This document shows, one piece after another, positions 1 through 7,802 of a stretch of DNA of 64,000 bases (position 1 is the stretch's first letter; every line of letters starts with the position of its first letter). Location: positions 992,001 to 1,056,000 of the forward strand of contig OY970296.1 of NCBI GenBank assembly GCA_963716175.1, read 5' to 3'. Source of the DNA: an uncultured Armatimonadetes bacterium. GTDB lineage: Bacteria; Armatimonadota; Hebobacteria; Hebobacterales; Hebobacteraceae. A program made the translations under genes and the position numbers. Below the pieces are notes generated by a model. The model did not search any database. It was not told the origin of the DNA and saw only the letters and a program-made list of their open reading frames with translations.

Positions 1-179
1 GCCTGAACCGGCAGGAGGCAAATCTGCCCGCCTCGGGCGGGCCCCTGCCCTAGGAGCAGCGCCCGCGACTCCTCCCGGTAGAGCGGCCTATGCTTGCCAT
101 CGCCAAGATGAGCCGCGAGCAACTCGCGCGGTATGGGCCAATCTGGGGGGAATTCAGCCACACGCTACATGCTGTAGAC

Positions 180-758
180 TCATGCATTTTGATCTTCGCC
201 CCGCCCAGCAGGGCGGAAGGCGCTCGGCACCTCGTAGCCCGCCGCGGTGAGCAGATCGAAGAGTCGGTGCCGCTGCGCCTGGTGGGCCGCATCGAAGAGC
301 GGCGCACACCGCACCACGCTCACACGCTCCGCCGCCAGTTCGACAGCAAAGGCCAGGCACGTGGGCAAACCACACGCTTTGCAGTTCGTCCTGGGGAGCA
401 GCTCGAACACCGGCAGCGGAGTGAGGCGCTCCCGCCGCGCGTGGGAGGGGGTGATCTCCTCTCGGCGATCCCACGTGCCATTGAGCAGGCCCTTGAGCCA
501 GTCCAGGAGGCCGCGCGCATCTTCCACATCGTCGGCCTTGGCGCCGGTGATGAGACGGCGCTGAAGGCAGATGATGCGGTAGTCCCGGTAGAGGGTGAGT
601 GACTGGGAGGTCGGGTTGTAGATCGCCTTCGGCAGCACGGCATTCAGGTAGGGCAGAACGGGGCTCACATCGACAGAAGCGCGTGCGTGGAACCGAATCT
701 TGCTCGCATCGGCAAGACACGGAAGAACGTGGGTGATTTCGAGCGTCTCGACAAGCAT
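180..758 (-). CDS. Fe-S cluster domain protein (C-terminal putative Fe-S motif, COG4871-like)
   Basis: C-terminal LLPRTNCKACGLPTCLAFA...C motif typical of the PF04060-type FeS domain; N-terminal 'PCLAD...VLPYLNA'; last gene of the minus-strand operon. Confidence 0.75.
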   Translation of the reverse strand: MLVETLEITHVLPCLADASKIRFHARASVDVSPVLPYLNAVLPKAIYNPTSQSLTLYRDYRIICLQRRLITGAKADDVEDARGLLDWLKGLLNGTWDRREEITPSHARRERLTPLPVFELLPRTNCKACGLPTCLAFAVELAAERVSVVRCAPLFDAAHQAQRHRLFDLLTAAGYEVPSAFRPAGRGEDQNA

Positions 759-791
759 GTGCGCGCAATCCAGCGGAAGCAGGCGGCGGTG

Positions 792-1493
792 CTAGTGCGC
801 CGTATAGATCAAGTACAGCCCGCCCAGCAGCACCAGAACTCCGCACACCTTCCTAAGGATGTCGGCTCCCCGCGAGCGGTCGGTCCAGTGCAGGTAGCGC
901 TGCACCGCCTCAGTGGAGGTGCCCGCCGCCACGATCACCGAGCAGTGCCCGACGCCGAAGGCGAGCAGCAGCGCGCCCGCGTAGAGCGGGTTCGTGGTGG
1001 CCACCTGGAGCGTGACGCCCAGCATGGGGGCCATGTAGGCGAAGGTGCACGGACCGAGGGCCACGCCGAAGAGCAGTCCGAGGATGAAGCCGGCAAGCAG
1101 GCCGCGCTGCTTCGTCCCTACTTGCCCCGGCCCCGACCAGGGCGCTGGAATCACGCCGATCAGATGCAGCCCGACGAGGAAGAAGATGCCGGCGAGGAGG
1201 TAGTTCCCGTAGCGTCCGACGTCACCCATCATGCGCCCGAGGGCCGCAGTAACCGCACCGATGAGGGCGATGGTGACGAGGATGCCCACCGCGAACGCGG
1301 TCGAGATGGTAAAGGCGCGCCGGGTGGTCAGGTTCGACTGCTCCCCGACGAACCCGACGATGAGCGGGACGCTGGAGAGGTGACAGGGGCTCAGCAGAAT
1401 GCTCAGCACCCCCCACACGAAGGAGGCCCCGAGCGCGAGGTGGGGCGCGCCCTGGACGGCGTGGGTCAGCGCGGCGAGCCACTCCGCCATCAC
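792..1493 (-). CDS. ccdA: Cytochrome c biogenesis CcdA / DsbD transmembrane domain protein
   Basis: About six hydrophobic segments with conserved LSPCHL and LGPCT Cys motifs; start overlaps the upstream thioredoxin stop. Confidence 0.85.
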   Translation of the reverse strand: MMAEWLAALTHAVQGAPHLALGASFVWGVLSILLSPCHLSSVPLIVGFVGEQSNLTTRRAFTISTAFAVGILVTIALIGAVTAALGRMMGDVGRYGNYLLAGIFFLVGLHLIGVIPAPWSGPGQVGTKQRGLLAGFILGLLFGVALGPCTFAYMAPMLGVTLQVATTNPLYAGALLLAFGVGHCSVIVAAGTSTEAVQRYLHWTDRSRGADILRKVCGVLVLLGGLYLIYTAH

Positions 1494-2407
1494 TTGACCC
1501 CCAGCTCCGCGAGCTTCGCTCTGAGCTGCGCCTCCGGGAAGACCCCGACGTGCCGGAACACCTCCTTGCCTTCCCGATCGAAGAACACCTGGAGAGGGAT
1601 GGTCCTCACGCCAAAGCGAGAGCCCAGCACCTGCTCCTTGCGCACGTCCACAAAGAGCACATCGGCCTTGCCCTTCAGTTCACCGCCGAGCAACGTGAGG
1701 ATCGGGGCCATGGTCTCGCAGGCCACGCAGCCTTCGGCCCCGAAGTCCACCAGACTCGGCCGGCCCGAAAGGCGTGCCTTGTCCACCGGGTTGTCAATCA
1801 GCTGGCGGTACTGAGTCTTCACCCACGTCCCGGCCAGCTCGACGCCCACACGTTCGCTGAGGGTGTTCACGTACTGCCGCTTCGCCTCCTCGCGCTTCTG
1901 GCGGACAACATAGCTGGTGAGTTGGGGCTTGACCTGTTCGAAGCTCACTCCTCCGAGCATCTCCTTGTTCTCGCTATAGAAGCGACGCAGGTCCGCGTCG
2001 GTGATTGTCACGCGGGTCGCGATGCTGCCCAGGTAAGCCTGCACGCGGGCGGTCTCAGTCTCTTTGGCATCACGCTTCGTCGTCTTCGCCCATTGTTCGG
2101 CCTCGACTGAAACGAGCCGCTTCATCGCAAGCTGCTCGAGGACGAACACGCGGTTCCGCTCCAGTTGGGACCGCACGTCGGGAGAAGCCTTCGCGATCTC
2201 TCCGTCCACGTCCTGCGTGGTGACGGTGATGGATCCCGCGCGCAGCAGCATCCCGACCGGCAGTTCGGCCAGGTGGGCAGAGGCGAGGGGGCTCGCGCTC
2301 AGCAGCGGGCACTCCTGGGCGAGCGTGCGCGGCGCGGCCTCGGCCTGAAACAGGGCCGCGCACATCACGAGGGCGAGAAGAGCGAGGGGGCCGCCGATGC
2401 TCCTCAC
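1490..2407 (-). CDS. Exported protein: SurA/PrsA-like helical N-domain fused to a thioredoxin domain
   Basis: Signal peptide (…AEA); 'ITDADLRRFY..NK…SFEQVKPQL' resembles PPIase-chaperone helices; C-terminal DFGAEGCVACETM…TIP thioredoxin. Confidence 0.7.
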   Translation of the reverse strand: MRSIGGPLALLALVMCAALFQAEAAPRTLAQECPLLSASPLASAHLAELPVGMLLRAGSITVTTQDVDGEIAKASPDVRSQLERNRVFVLEQLAMKRLVSVEAEQWAKTTKRDAKETETARVQAYLGSIATRVTITDADLRRFYSENKEMLGGVSFEQVKPQLTSYVVRQKREEAKRQYVNTLSERVGVELAGTWVKTQYRQLIDNPVDKARLSGRPSLVDFGAEGCVACETMAPILTLLGGELKGKADVLFVDVRKEQVLGSRFGVRTIPLQVFFDREGKEVFRHVGVFPEAQLRAKLAELGVK

Positions 2408-2952
2408 TTGGCCCCTCGCAGCACGACGCCGTGCTCCGTGAACTTGGCGAGAATGTCCGCCTTGGGGAAGAACCCCTCGTGCCGGAAGAACTCCTTGCCG
2501 TCGGCCCTGACAAACACTTGCGTGGGAATCACGCGAATCTTGTAGGCCTTCGCCTTGTCCGGGTGCTCATAGACGTCCCAGAAGGGGACCTCCAGCTGCC
2601 CCTTGTACTCCTTGCGCAACTCCTCCAGGATGGGCTGCATCATCTGGCACGGGATGCAGGTCTTGGAGCCGAGCTCGATTATCTGCGGGAGCGCCTTCTG
2701 TTTGGGCGTCCGAGTGGGGTTTGGCTTGGCTGCGGTCGCCGGAGGCGGCGCCTGCGATGGACTCGCGGCAGCTTTGACCGGCGCGGTGGCGGGAGTCTGC
2801 GAGGAGGCAGTTGATGGTTGTGCTGCCATCTCCCGCGGAGTCGAAGACGACGGCGGTGATGCTGTATTCGCGCCATTCCGCTTGCCGGCGAGGATCGCGG
2901 CTACCGCGATAACAAGGACCACAACGATAAGGACCTTCCACGTGTTACGCAT
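2404..2952 (-). CDS. Membrane-anchored thioredoxin family protein
   Basis: Start re-called to MRNTWKVLIVVVLV; TM anchor, Pro/Ala/Ser-rich linker, ELGSKTCIPCQMM (CxxC) and cis-Pro 'VIPT'. Confidence 0.85.
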   Translation of the reverse strand: MRNTWKVLIVVVLVIAVAAILAGKRNGANTASPPSSSTPREMAAQPSTASSQTPATAPVKAAASPSQAPPPATAAKPNPTRTPKQKALPQIIELGSKTCIPCQMMQPILEELRKEYKGQLEVPFWDVYEHPDKAKAYKIRVIPTQVFVRADGKEFFRHEGFFPKADILAKFTEHGVVLRGAK

Positions 2953-3022
2953 GAGTCGCTCTGCTCCTGATAGCGAGATTCGTTTGAAGAGTGACGCCAG
3001 AATCCGGACGGCAGCGACGCCG

Positions 3023-3718
3023 CTACCGGTCTGACGCGAGGGGGGTCCGATATGCCTCCACAAGCGCGGCCGCGTAGGCCTGTGCTTCACTGTCGTCAAT
3101 GGCATGGTAGACGCGAACCACTTCGAGCAGGCGCGCCGGGGCGTCGGGGCTGTCGGCCGCCAGTCCATCCTCCTGGCACTGCCTGAAGATCAGCGGCAGC
3201 CCGGCGATCTCGACGGTCTTGCCGTTCACCTGGATGACGCCCGAGGGAAGGCCGACGGCGCAGCCGCAGGCCGATGAGGCCTCTGCTGCCACTGGCTGGT
3301 CTCCGGCACGGTTTGCAGCAGCCTCATCCAGCGCCTCCGCAAGCCGCGCCGCGACCAGCTCGACTGCGGCGACGTCGGCCTCCGTGAGGTCGCGGCCGGA
3401 CCGTGCGCCACTGAGGGGCGCGGCGTCCTTCAGCATCTCGGTCACTACGAAGGCGGCGTTGACCGGGCCGCTGTACTTCTCCGTACCCCACTGGGCGCAG
3501 CGCTTGTGGCAGCCGTCAATGGTGATGGTGGAGAAGTTGCGGGCGAAGTCGCGCTCGCCCTCATTGCCGGCCAGGAAGAGGGGCAAGCAGATGGTCACCG
3601 CCTGCCCGGGCCGAAGCTGCTCCATAACCCGGCGCACCGCCAGCCGGGAGATGGTTCCCTCCGGGATCTCCTCGCCCGCGCACGAGATGATGCCAACCTT
3701 GATGGTCTCTTCGGCCAT
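3023..3718 (-). CDS. DGC-domain (putative zinc-binding) protein with extra C-terminal CGC-containing domain
   Basis: IISCAG…TICLP…ITIDGCHKRCA DGC signature; C-terminal SACGCAVG…VEIAGLPLIF; start re-called to MAEETIK. Confidence 0.8.
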   Translation of the reverse strand: MAEETIKVGIISCAGEEIPEGTISRLAVRRVMEQLRPGQAVTICLPLFLAGNEGERDFARNFSTITIDGCHKRCAQWGTEKYSGPVNAAFVVTEMLKDAAPLSGARSGRDLTEADVAAVELVAARLAEALDEAAANRAGDQPVAAEASSACGCAVGLPSGVIQVNGKTVEIAGLPLIFRQCQEDGLAADSPDAPARLLEVVRVYHAIDDSEAQAYAAALVEAYRTPLASDR

Positions 3719-3720
3719 GC

Positions 3721-4140
3721 TCACTGCTCCTCCCCGCCGCACAGCTCGCGCACTCGCGCCGCGAGCTGCTGGGCGATCTCATCGGTGATGGCCCAGCCGT
3801 CCTCGGAAAGCTCGGTAGCGGTGCCGGGCTGGGCGCCCTTGTGGCCCTTGAAGGCGTCCACTACGCGCAGGCTCTCCGCGATGTTGCCGCCCGCGAGCTG
3901 CACATTCTTGTAGGAGCAGAGCTTCGGGCAGCCGTCTATGGTGATACAGGGCCGGGTGCGGACCGCCTCCACTGCTTCCGCGTCGCCCTTCACCAGCAGG
4001 GCGAGGCAGATCGTGTCAGAGGCGCCGGGCTCGATGCCCTCGACGACGCGGTAGGTCGCCTCCCGCGCCATCAGCCCGTGCACTTTGCCGATGCCGCTGC
4101 ATGGGATCACGAGCACCTTGTTATTCGCTGATGCGGCCAT
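3721..4140 (-). CDS. DGC-domain (putative zinc-binding) protein
   Basis: VIPCSG…TICLA…CITIDGCPKLC signature; GGAG RBS upstream. Confidence 0.85.
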   Translation of the reverse strand: MAASANNKVLVIPCSGIGKVHGLMAREATYRVVEGIEPGASDTICLALLVKGDAEAVEAVRTRPCITIDGCPKLCSYKNVQLAGGNIAESLRVVDAFKGHKGAQPGTATELSEDGWAITDEIAQQLAARVRELCGGEEQ

Positions 4141-4230
4141 CCGGTATCTCCTTCGTTTCTCCCGCCACTAGGGACGATGGCTAGGTCTGCCTCGGGCAGA
4201 CCGCCATGGCGGCCTCGGCAGAGCCGAGGC

Positions 4231-5079
4231 CTAGCCATAGTCGGCGGCCTGCTGTCGCACCAGCGCCAGGTAGGCCTCGCCGTCAAGCAGCAGTGCTCGG
4301 TCGCTCTCCAGCTCACGAAGCTCGAGCTCCGCCACCCACCCGCGGACATAGGGGTCTTCGTTGATGATCTCAGGCGCTTCCGCGACCGCGGGGTTGACGG
4401 CCACCACCCGGCCGCTCACCGGAGAGATGATGTCGGACACCGCCTTCACCGACTCCACGCTGCCAACGGCGTCGAACTGGCCCACCTCGGCTCCTACCTG
4501 CGGCAGCTCGCAGAAGGTGAGATCACCCAGTTCCTGCTGCATGTAGTCGGAGATGCCGACCCGCGCCCGGCTGCCGGCCACCCGCGCCCAGCAGTGGTTC
4601 TCGTTGAACAGGTAGCCCTGCGTCGGGATGCGGAAGATGAACTTGTCATGGGTGACGGTGGCGTACTCGACCGGCTCTGCGAAGGCGGCCTCGCTGTCAA
4701 GCGCGGTTCCCTCCTCCGGCAACGACAGCAGTCTCTCCGCCAGGAGGCGACACAGAGCGAGTCGCTGCGCATCCGGGGTTAGGCTTTCACCGGCCGATTC
4801 GCCCATGAGCTTCAGCGCCTCCGCGACCTGGAGCTTGCGTGCGGTCTTCAGCTCGTGTTCACCGGCCAGCTTGGTGGCGCACCGGGTGCCGCAGCCGTCA
4901 ATCACGATCAAGGGCAACTCCAGCGCCTTGGCATAGCGGGCTGGAAGGTTGTTGAACAGCACCGGGCAGATCAGCTCGCCCTGGCAGGCCGCCACCACCG
5001 CCAGCGCGATCTCGCGCGCCAGCGGACCGACGGCCTTGTCGAGACCATTGCAGGGAAGCACTGCGAATCGCTCAGCCAT
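4231..5079 (-). CDS. DGC domain fused to glycine cleavage H-like lipoyl carrier domain
   Basis: N-term LPCNG…LICP…IVIDGCGTRCA; C-term ARVGISDYMQQELGD…SVESVKAVSDIISPVSG…INEDPYVRGW with intact lipoyl Lys. Confidence 0.85.
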   Translation of the reverse strand: MAERFAVLPCNGLDKAVGPLAREIALAVVAACQGELICPVLFNNLPARYAKALELPLIVIDGCGTRCATKLAGEHELKTARKLQVAEALKLMGESAGESLTPDAQRLALCRLLAERLLSLPEEGTALDSEAAFAEPVEYATVTHDKFIFRIPTQGYLFNENHCWARVAGSRARVGISDYMQQELGDLTFCELPQVGAEVGQFDAVGSVESVKAVSDIISPVSGRVVAVNPAVAEAPEIINEDPYVRGWVAELELRELESDRALLLDGEAYLALVRQQAADYG

Positions 5080-5365
5080 CGCCGCCCTCCGCCTCTGCTC
5101 GCAATCGCTTGATCAGCTCGATTGTCTCAGGCTTGCCCGGAAACGAGAGGGCATCCGGCCCGCACGTCTTCGCGCAGGCGCGACAGAAGACGACGCAGTG
5201 CTCGGGGTGGGCGACGACCAGCTTGACCTCGCCCTCTCGCCGTTCGTACACCTGGTGCGGGCAGAACTTGTCGCACTCCATGCAGAAGTCGCACTTGCTG
5301 TAGTCAATGGTCGGGGACCAGGCGATCTCCTCCCTGGGGACGCCCATGAAGGTCTCGTCGCTCAT
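5072..5365 (-). CDS. 4Fe-4S dicluster ferredoxin
   Basis: CDFCMECDKFCP and CVVFCRACAKTC motifs. Confidence 0.9.
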   Translation of the reverse strand: MSDETFMGVPREEIAWSPTIDYSKCDFCMECDKFCPHQVYERREGEVKLVVAHPEHCVVFCRACAKTCGPDALSFPGKPETIELIKRLRAEAEGGDG

Positions 5366-5733
5366 GCCGACTGCTCCTGCGCGGCCAGCGCATCGGCGAC
5401 CTTCTTCACCGCCTCATCGGTGGTCATGTCCCGGATGTCCAGCGGCACAAGGTCGGCCTTGATATCCATGCCGGCCGCGGCGAAGGCATCCCGGAACATC
5501 TTGTACTGCATGTTCGGCGCACAGCCCGCGACGATAACTCTGCGGTGGGCCTGCAGGAAGTCGGCCAGGAACCGGTCGCCATCCTCCTCGCACAACTGCG
5601 GGTGGATGAAGCCATACTCCACCGGCAGCTCCACCCGCACCCGGTTGATGAAGTCCCAGATATCCATCTTCGCGAACCCCGGACACTTGCCGGTGCACAC
5701 ACACATGATCAAGCCGGGCTTGTTGTTCTCCAC
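5362..5733 (-). CDS. Stand-alone heterodisulfide reductase subunit A N-terminal-like protein
   Basis: MCVCTGKC…HPQLC…VIVAGCAP…DIRD pattern resembles the HdrA N-terminal CxC…C…AACSP…NIRE domain; GTG start with GGAGG RBS. Confidence 0.7.
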   Translation of the reverse strand: MENNKPGLIMCVCTGKCPGFAKMDIWDFINRVRVELPVEYGFIHPQLCEEDGDRFLADFLQAHRRVIVAGCAPNMQYKMFRDAFAAAGMDIKADLVPLDIRDMTTDEAVKKVADALAAQEQSA

Positions 5734-5746
5734 GATCCGACCTCCC

Positions 5747-5977
5747 TTAGCCAGCGATCAGCTGCTTGATCTCTTCAGGCGAGAGCACTCGCCCGGCCGC
5801 TTTCACCACGCCATCCACCGCCAGTGCGGGAGTGGCGAGGACGCGGAACTTCATGATCTCTTTGATGTCCTCGACCTTCTCGATCTCAACGCCGTCGGTG
5901 CCGGCGACCGCCTGCTCCACATTGGCCAGCAGCTGCTTGCATCGCGGGCAGCCTGTTCCCAGTATCTGCAGCTTCAT
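5747..5977 (-). CDS. Small redox-active disulfide protein (TM0996/MTH895 thioredoxin-like)
   Basis: MKLQILGTGCPRCKQL…TPALAVDG; start re-called after GAGGAGG RBS. Confidence 0.9.
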   Translation of the reverse strand: MKLQILGTGCPRCKQLLANVEQAVAGTDGVEIEKVEDIKEIMKFRVLATPALAVDGVVKAAGRVLSPEEIKQLIAG

Positions 5978-6029
5978 CGCATGCTCCTCCTCACTGTGAG
6001 ATGCTCGGAACGCGAGGGTGCTCAACGCG

Positions 6030-6350
6030 TCAACGGGCCAACGCGGCCACTCGCTCCTGGGTACGCGCGTTGTTGCGAACCACCGCGTCCGCGCAGTCCA
6101 GGAAGCCCTTGAGGCAGGTGATCTCAAGTCGGTAGAAGACCTTGAGGCCCTGCTTCCGGTCGGATACGATGCCAGCCGCCTTCAGGAGGGCCAGGTGCTT
6201 GGAGACCGTGGACATATCGGAGCCCACGAGCTCCTGCAATTCGCAGACACACCGCTCGCCCTCGCTGAGGGCATCCACCATCACCAGCCGGCTGGGGTGG
6301 GCCAGCGCCTTCAGGATGTGTGCTCGGTACTCGTAGAGCTCTCGGTCCAT
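6030..6350 (-). CDS. arsR: ArsR/SmtB family transcriptional repressor
   Basis: LKALAHPSRL…GERCVCEL…STVSKHL HTH with CVC metal(loid) site; AAGGAG RBS before MDRELY. Confidence 0.88.
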   Translation of the reverse strand: MDRELYEYRAHILKALAHPSRLVMVDALSEGERCVCELQELVGSDMSTVSKHLALLKAAGIVSDRKQGLKVFYRLEITCLKGFLDCADAVVRNNARTQERVAALAR

Positions 6351-6367
6351 CGCAGCTATCTCCTTGC

Positions 6368-6402
6368 TAGTTGGTAGTATAGCCAATTAGCCACAAAAGT
6401 AA
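6368..6402 (-). promoter_or_regulatory. Putative promoter and ArsR operator for the redox operon
   Basis: Inverted repeat TAgTTGG-N8-CCAAtTA (6368-6389) overlaps a minus-strand TATACT -10 with TTTACT 16 bp upstream. Confidence 0.5.
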
Positions 6403-6435
6403 ACCCCTGAGGCCCACAAAGCTAGCCCGGTGGGA

Positions 6436-6783
6436 CTAGCGCCCGCCGGTGCGCAAGACGGAGGCGAACTCGTGCGGCAGGTCGGTCGCCTCGATGGCCC
6501 TGGCAGCGGCCTTCACATCGTACGCGACGCGTGGGGAGGTCGCGGTCACATCACCGTCGAGCTCGATCGGGACATAGCAGGCGCGCGGGTCGCCGCCTTT
6601 GGGCTTGCCGACGCTGCCGACATTGATCAGGTGAACTGACCCGATGCGGCGGTGGGAGGGAAGTTGAGTGTGCCCGCACAGGACCACGTCGCCTCCGAGG
6701 TTGGCGAGCATCCTCCCCAAGCTGCGCTCGGGCCAATCCTCGAGAAGGTACTCGTTCAGCCCAGCGAGGACCTCTGCGCTCAT
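6436..6783 (-). pseudogene. Metallophosphoesterase C-terminal fragment
   Basis: VLCGHTQLP…INVGSVGKPKGGDPRACY retained; N-terminal DxH/GD/GNHD motifs absent. Confidence 0.65.
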
Positions 6784-6935
6784 TCGGCCCGCAGGGCAAG
6801 GATCAGATCGAGCGCGGTTGTGAAGAAGTAGTCCTGCAGCAGGCAGCTCAACAGGAGCCCAAGCAGTCCGAGCGTGCCGATCACGATCAGGACATACAGG
6901 CTCATCAGGCGGCCGAAGAGGCTGCGGAACCTAAA
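6780..6935 (-). pseudogene. Possible N-terminal fragment of a sensor histidine kinase
   Basis: 'FRSLFGRLMSLYVLIVIGTLGLLGLLLSCLLQDYFF' resembles a first TM helix of HKs; no further domains. Confidence 0.35.
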
Positions 6936-7117
6936 CGTGGTGGGCCACCTCGAACTGGCACCCCCCCCAGGGGCAGCGATCATGCCGATGCTCCTCCGGA
7001 ATCGCAGCCGCGTGGCGTGGCCGTTCGGCGGATCCGCCGCGACGGTCGGGCAGTTGCTGAGTGTGGTCGCTGTTGGCTGGGCGGCGCAAGCGGTGCCCGC
7101 TCCGACCGGCCCCGGTG

Positions 7118-7252
7118 CTACTTCCTCTTCCTGGGGCTGGCGCCCGTCCCGCAGGGATGCCCGGCGTCTTTCCCGTGGCACTTCCTGATCTGCTCCGGAG
7201 AGCAGGTCTTCGGGTCCTTGCCCTTCTCACACTTCTTGGTCGCTGCGCCCAT
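7118..7252 (-). CDS. 44-aa Cys/His-rich small protein
   Basis: MGAATKKCEKGKDPKTCSPEQIRKCHGKDAGHPCG…; strong GGAGG RBS; directly after ArsR. Confidence 0.7.
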   Translation of the reverse strand: MGAATKKCEKGKDPKTCSPEQIRKCHGKDAGHPCGTGASPRKRK

Positions 7253-7628
7253 AGGTGCTGCCTCCTTCGGTAGGGATAGCTGACCCGGGCCGGCCCTGCC
7301 TCGGACACGCGGCCTGCGGACAGCCTGCCGGGGAATCCGAGCAGAGCCTGCCGAGCCAGCCCGAAAGCTCTTCTCGAGCCGCATCGGCTCGTTCTCGGCT
7401 GATGCCGTAGTGCACCCAGTAGCCCCGCTTGTCGCCGTTCACCATCCCGGCCTCCCGCAGCACCCGTAGATGCTGAGAAACCGCGGAGGGAGTGACACCA
7501 AGCCGGCGCGCGAGGGCGCCGACGCAGAGGTCGCCCGCCGCCAGGTGCTCGAGGATGCGCAGGCGGGTAGGGTCGCACAATGCTCTGAACAGCTTCACAA
7601 GGTCGCTCACGGACGAGCTCGTAAGCAT
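7227..7628 (-). CDS. ArsR/SmtB family regulator with Cys-rich C-terminal tail
   Basis: LFRALCDPTRLRIL…LCVGAL…SAVSQHLRVL; tail LCSDSPAGCPQAACP. Confidence 0.85.
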   Translation of the reverse strand: MLTSSSVSDLVKLFRALCDPTRLRILEHLAAGDLCVGALARRLGVTPSAVSQHLRVLREAGMVNGDKRGYWVHYGISRERADAAREELSGWLGRLCSDSPAGCPQAACPRQGRPGSAIPTEGGSTYGRSDQEV

Positions 7629-7665
7629 TTCCGCAGATACTAACATACTCTCGCGAATGCGTCAA
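7621..7665 (-). promoter_or_regulatory. Sigma70-type promoter, probably leaderless, overlapping an imperfect palindrome
   Basis: Minus strand TTGACG-17 bp-TAGTAT (TG extended -10), ATG 8 nt after the -10; imperfect inverted repeat GTAAGCAT…ATACTAAC across the start. Confidence 0.6.
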
Positions 7666-7802
7666 CCAGTGGCGCGCGGGCACATCGGGGATCGCCTCCT
7701 GCTGCACCGGAAGGTAAGGAGCCGGGCTCGCACCAGGATGACCCGTCAACCCCACTCGCGGCAGCGCGCCCCGGTATGGCACGCGGATATGACAAGAGCA
7801 GC

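Noticed and set aside
26-42. Rho-independent terminator for the redox operon
   Set aside because: GC hairpin GCCCGCC/GGCGGGC is present but lacks a clear U-tract and lies ~140 bp from the last gene
88-183. Possible selenoprotein MSLQHVACG-UGA-IPP… overlapping the Fe-S gene stop (ATGA)
   Set aside because: Readthrough gives only ~31 aa of non-protein-like sequence, with no convincing SECIS hairpin or RBS
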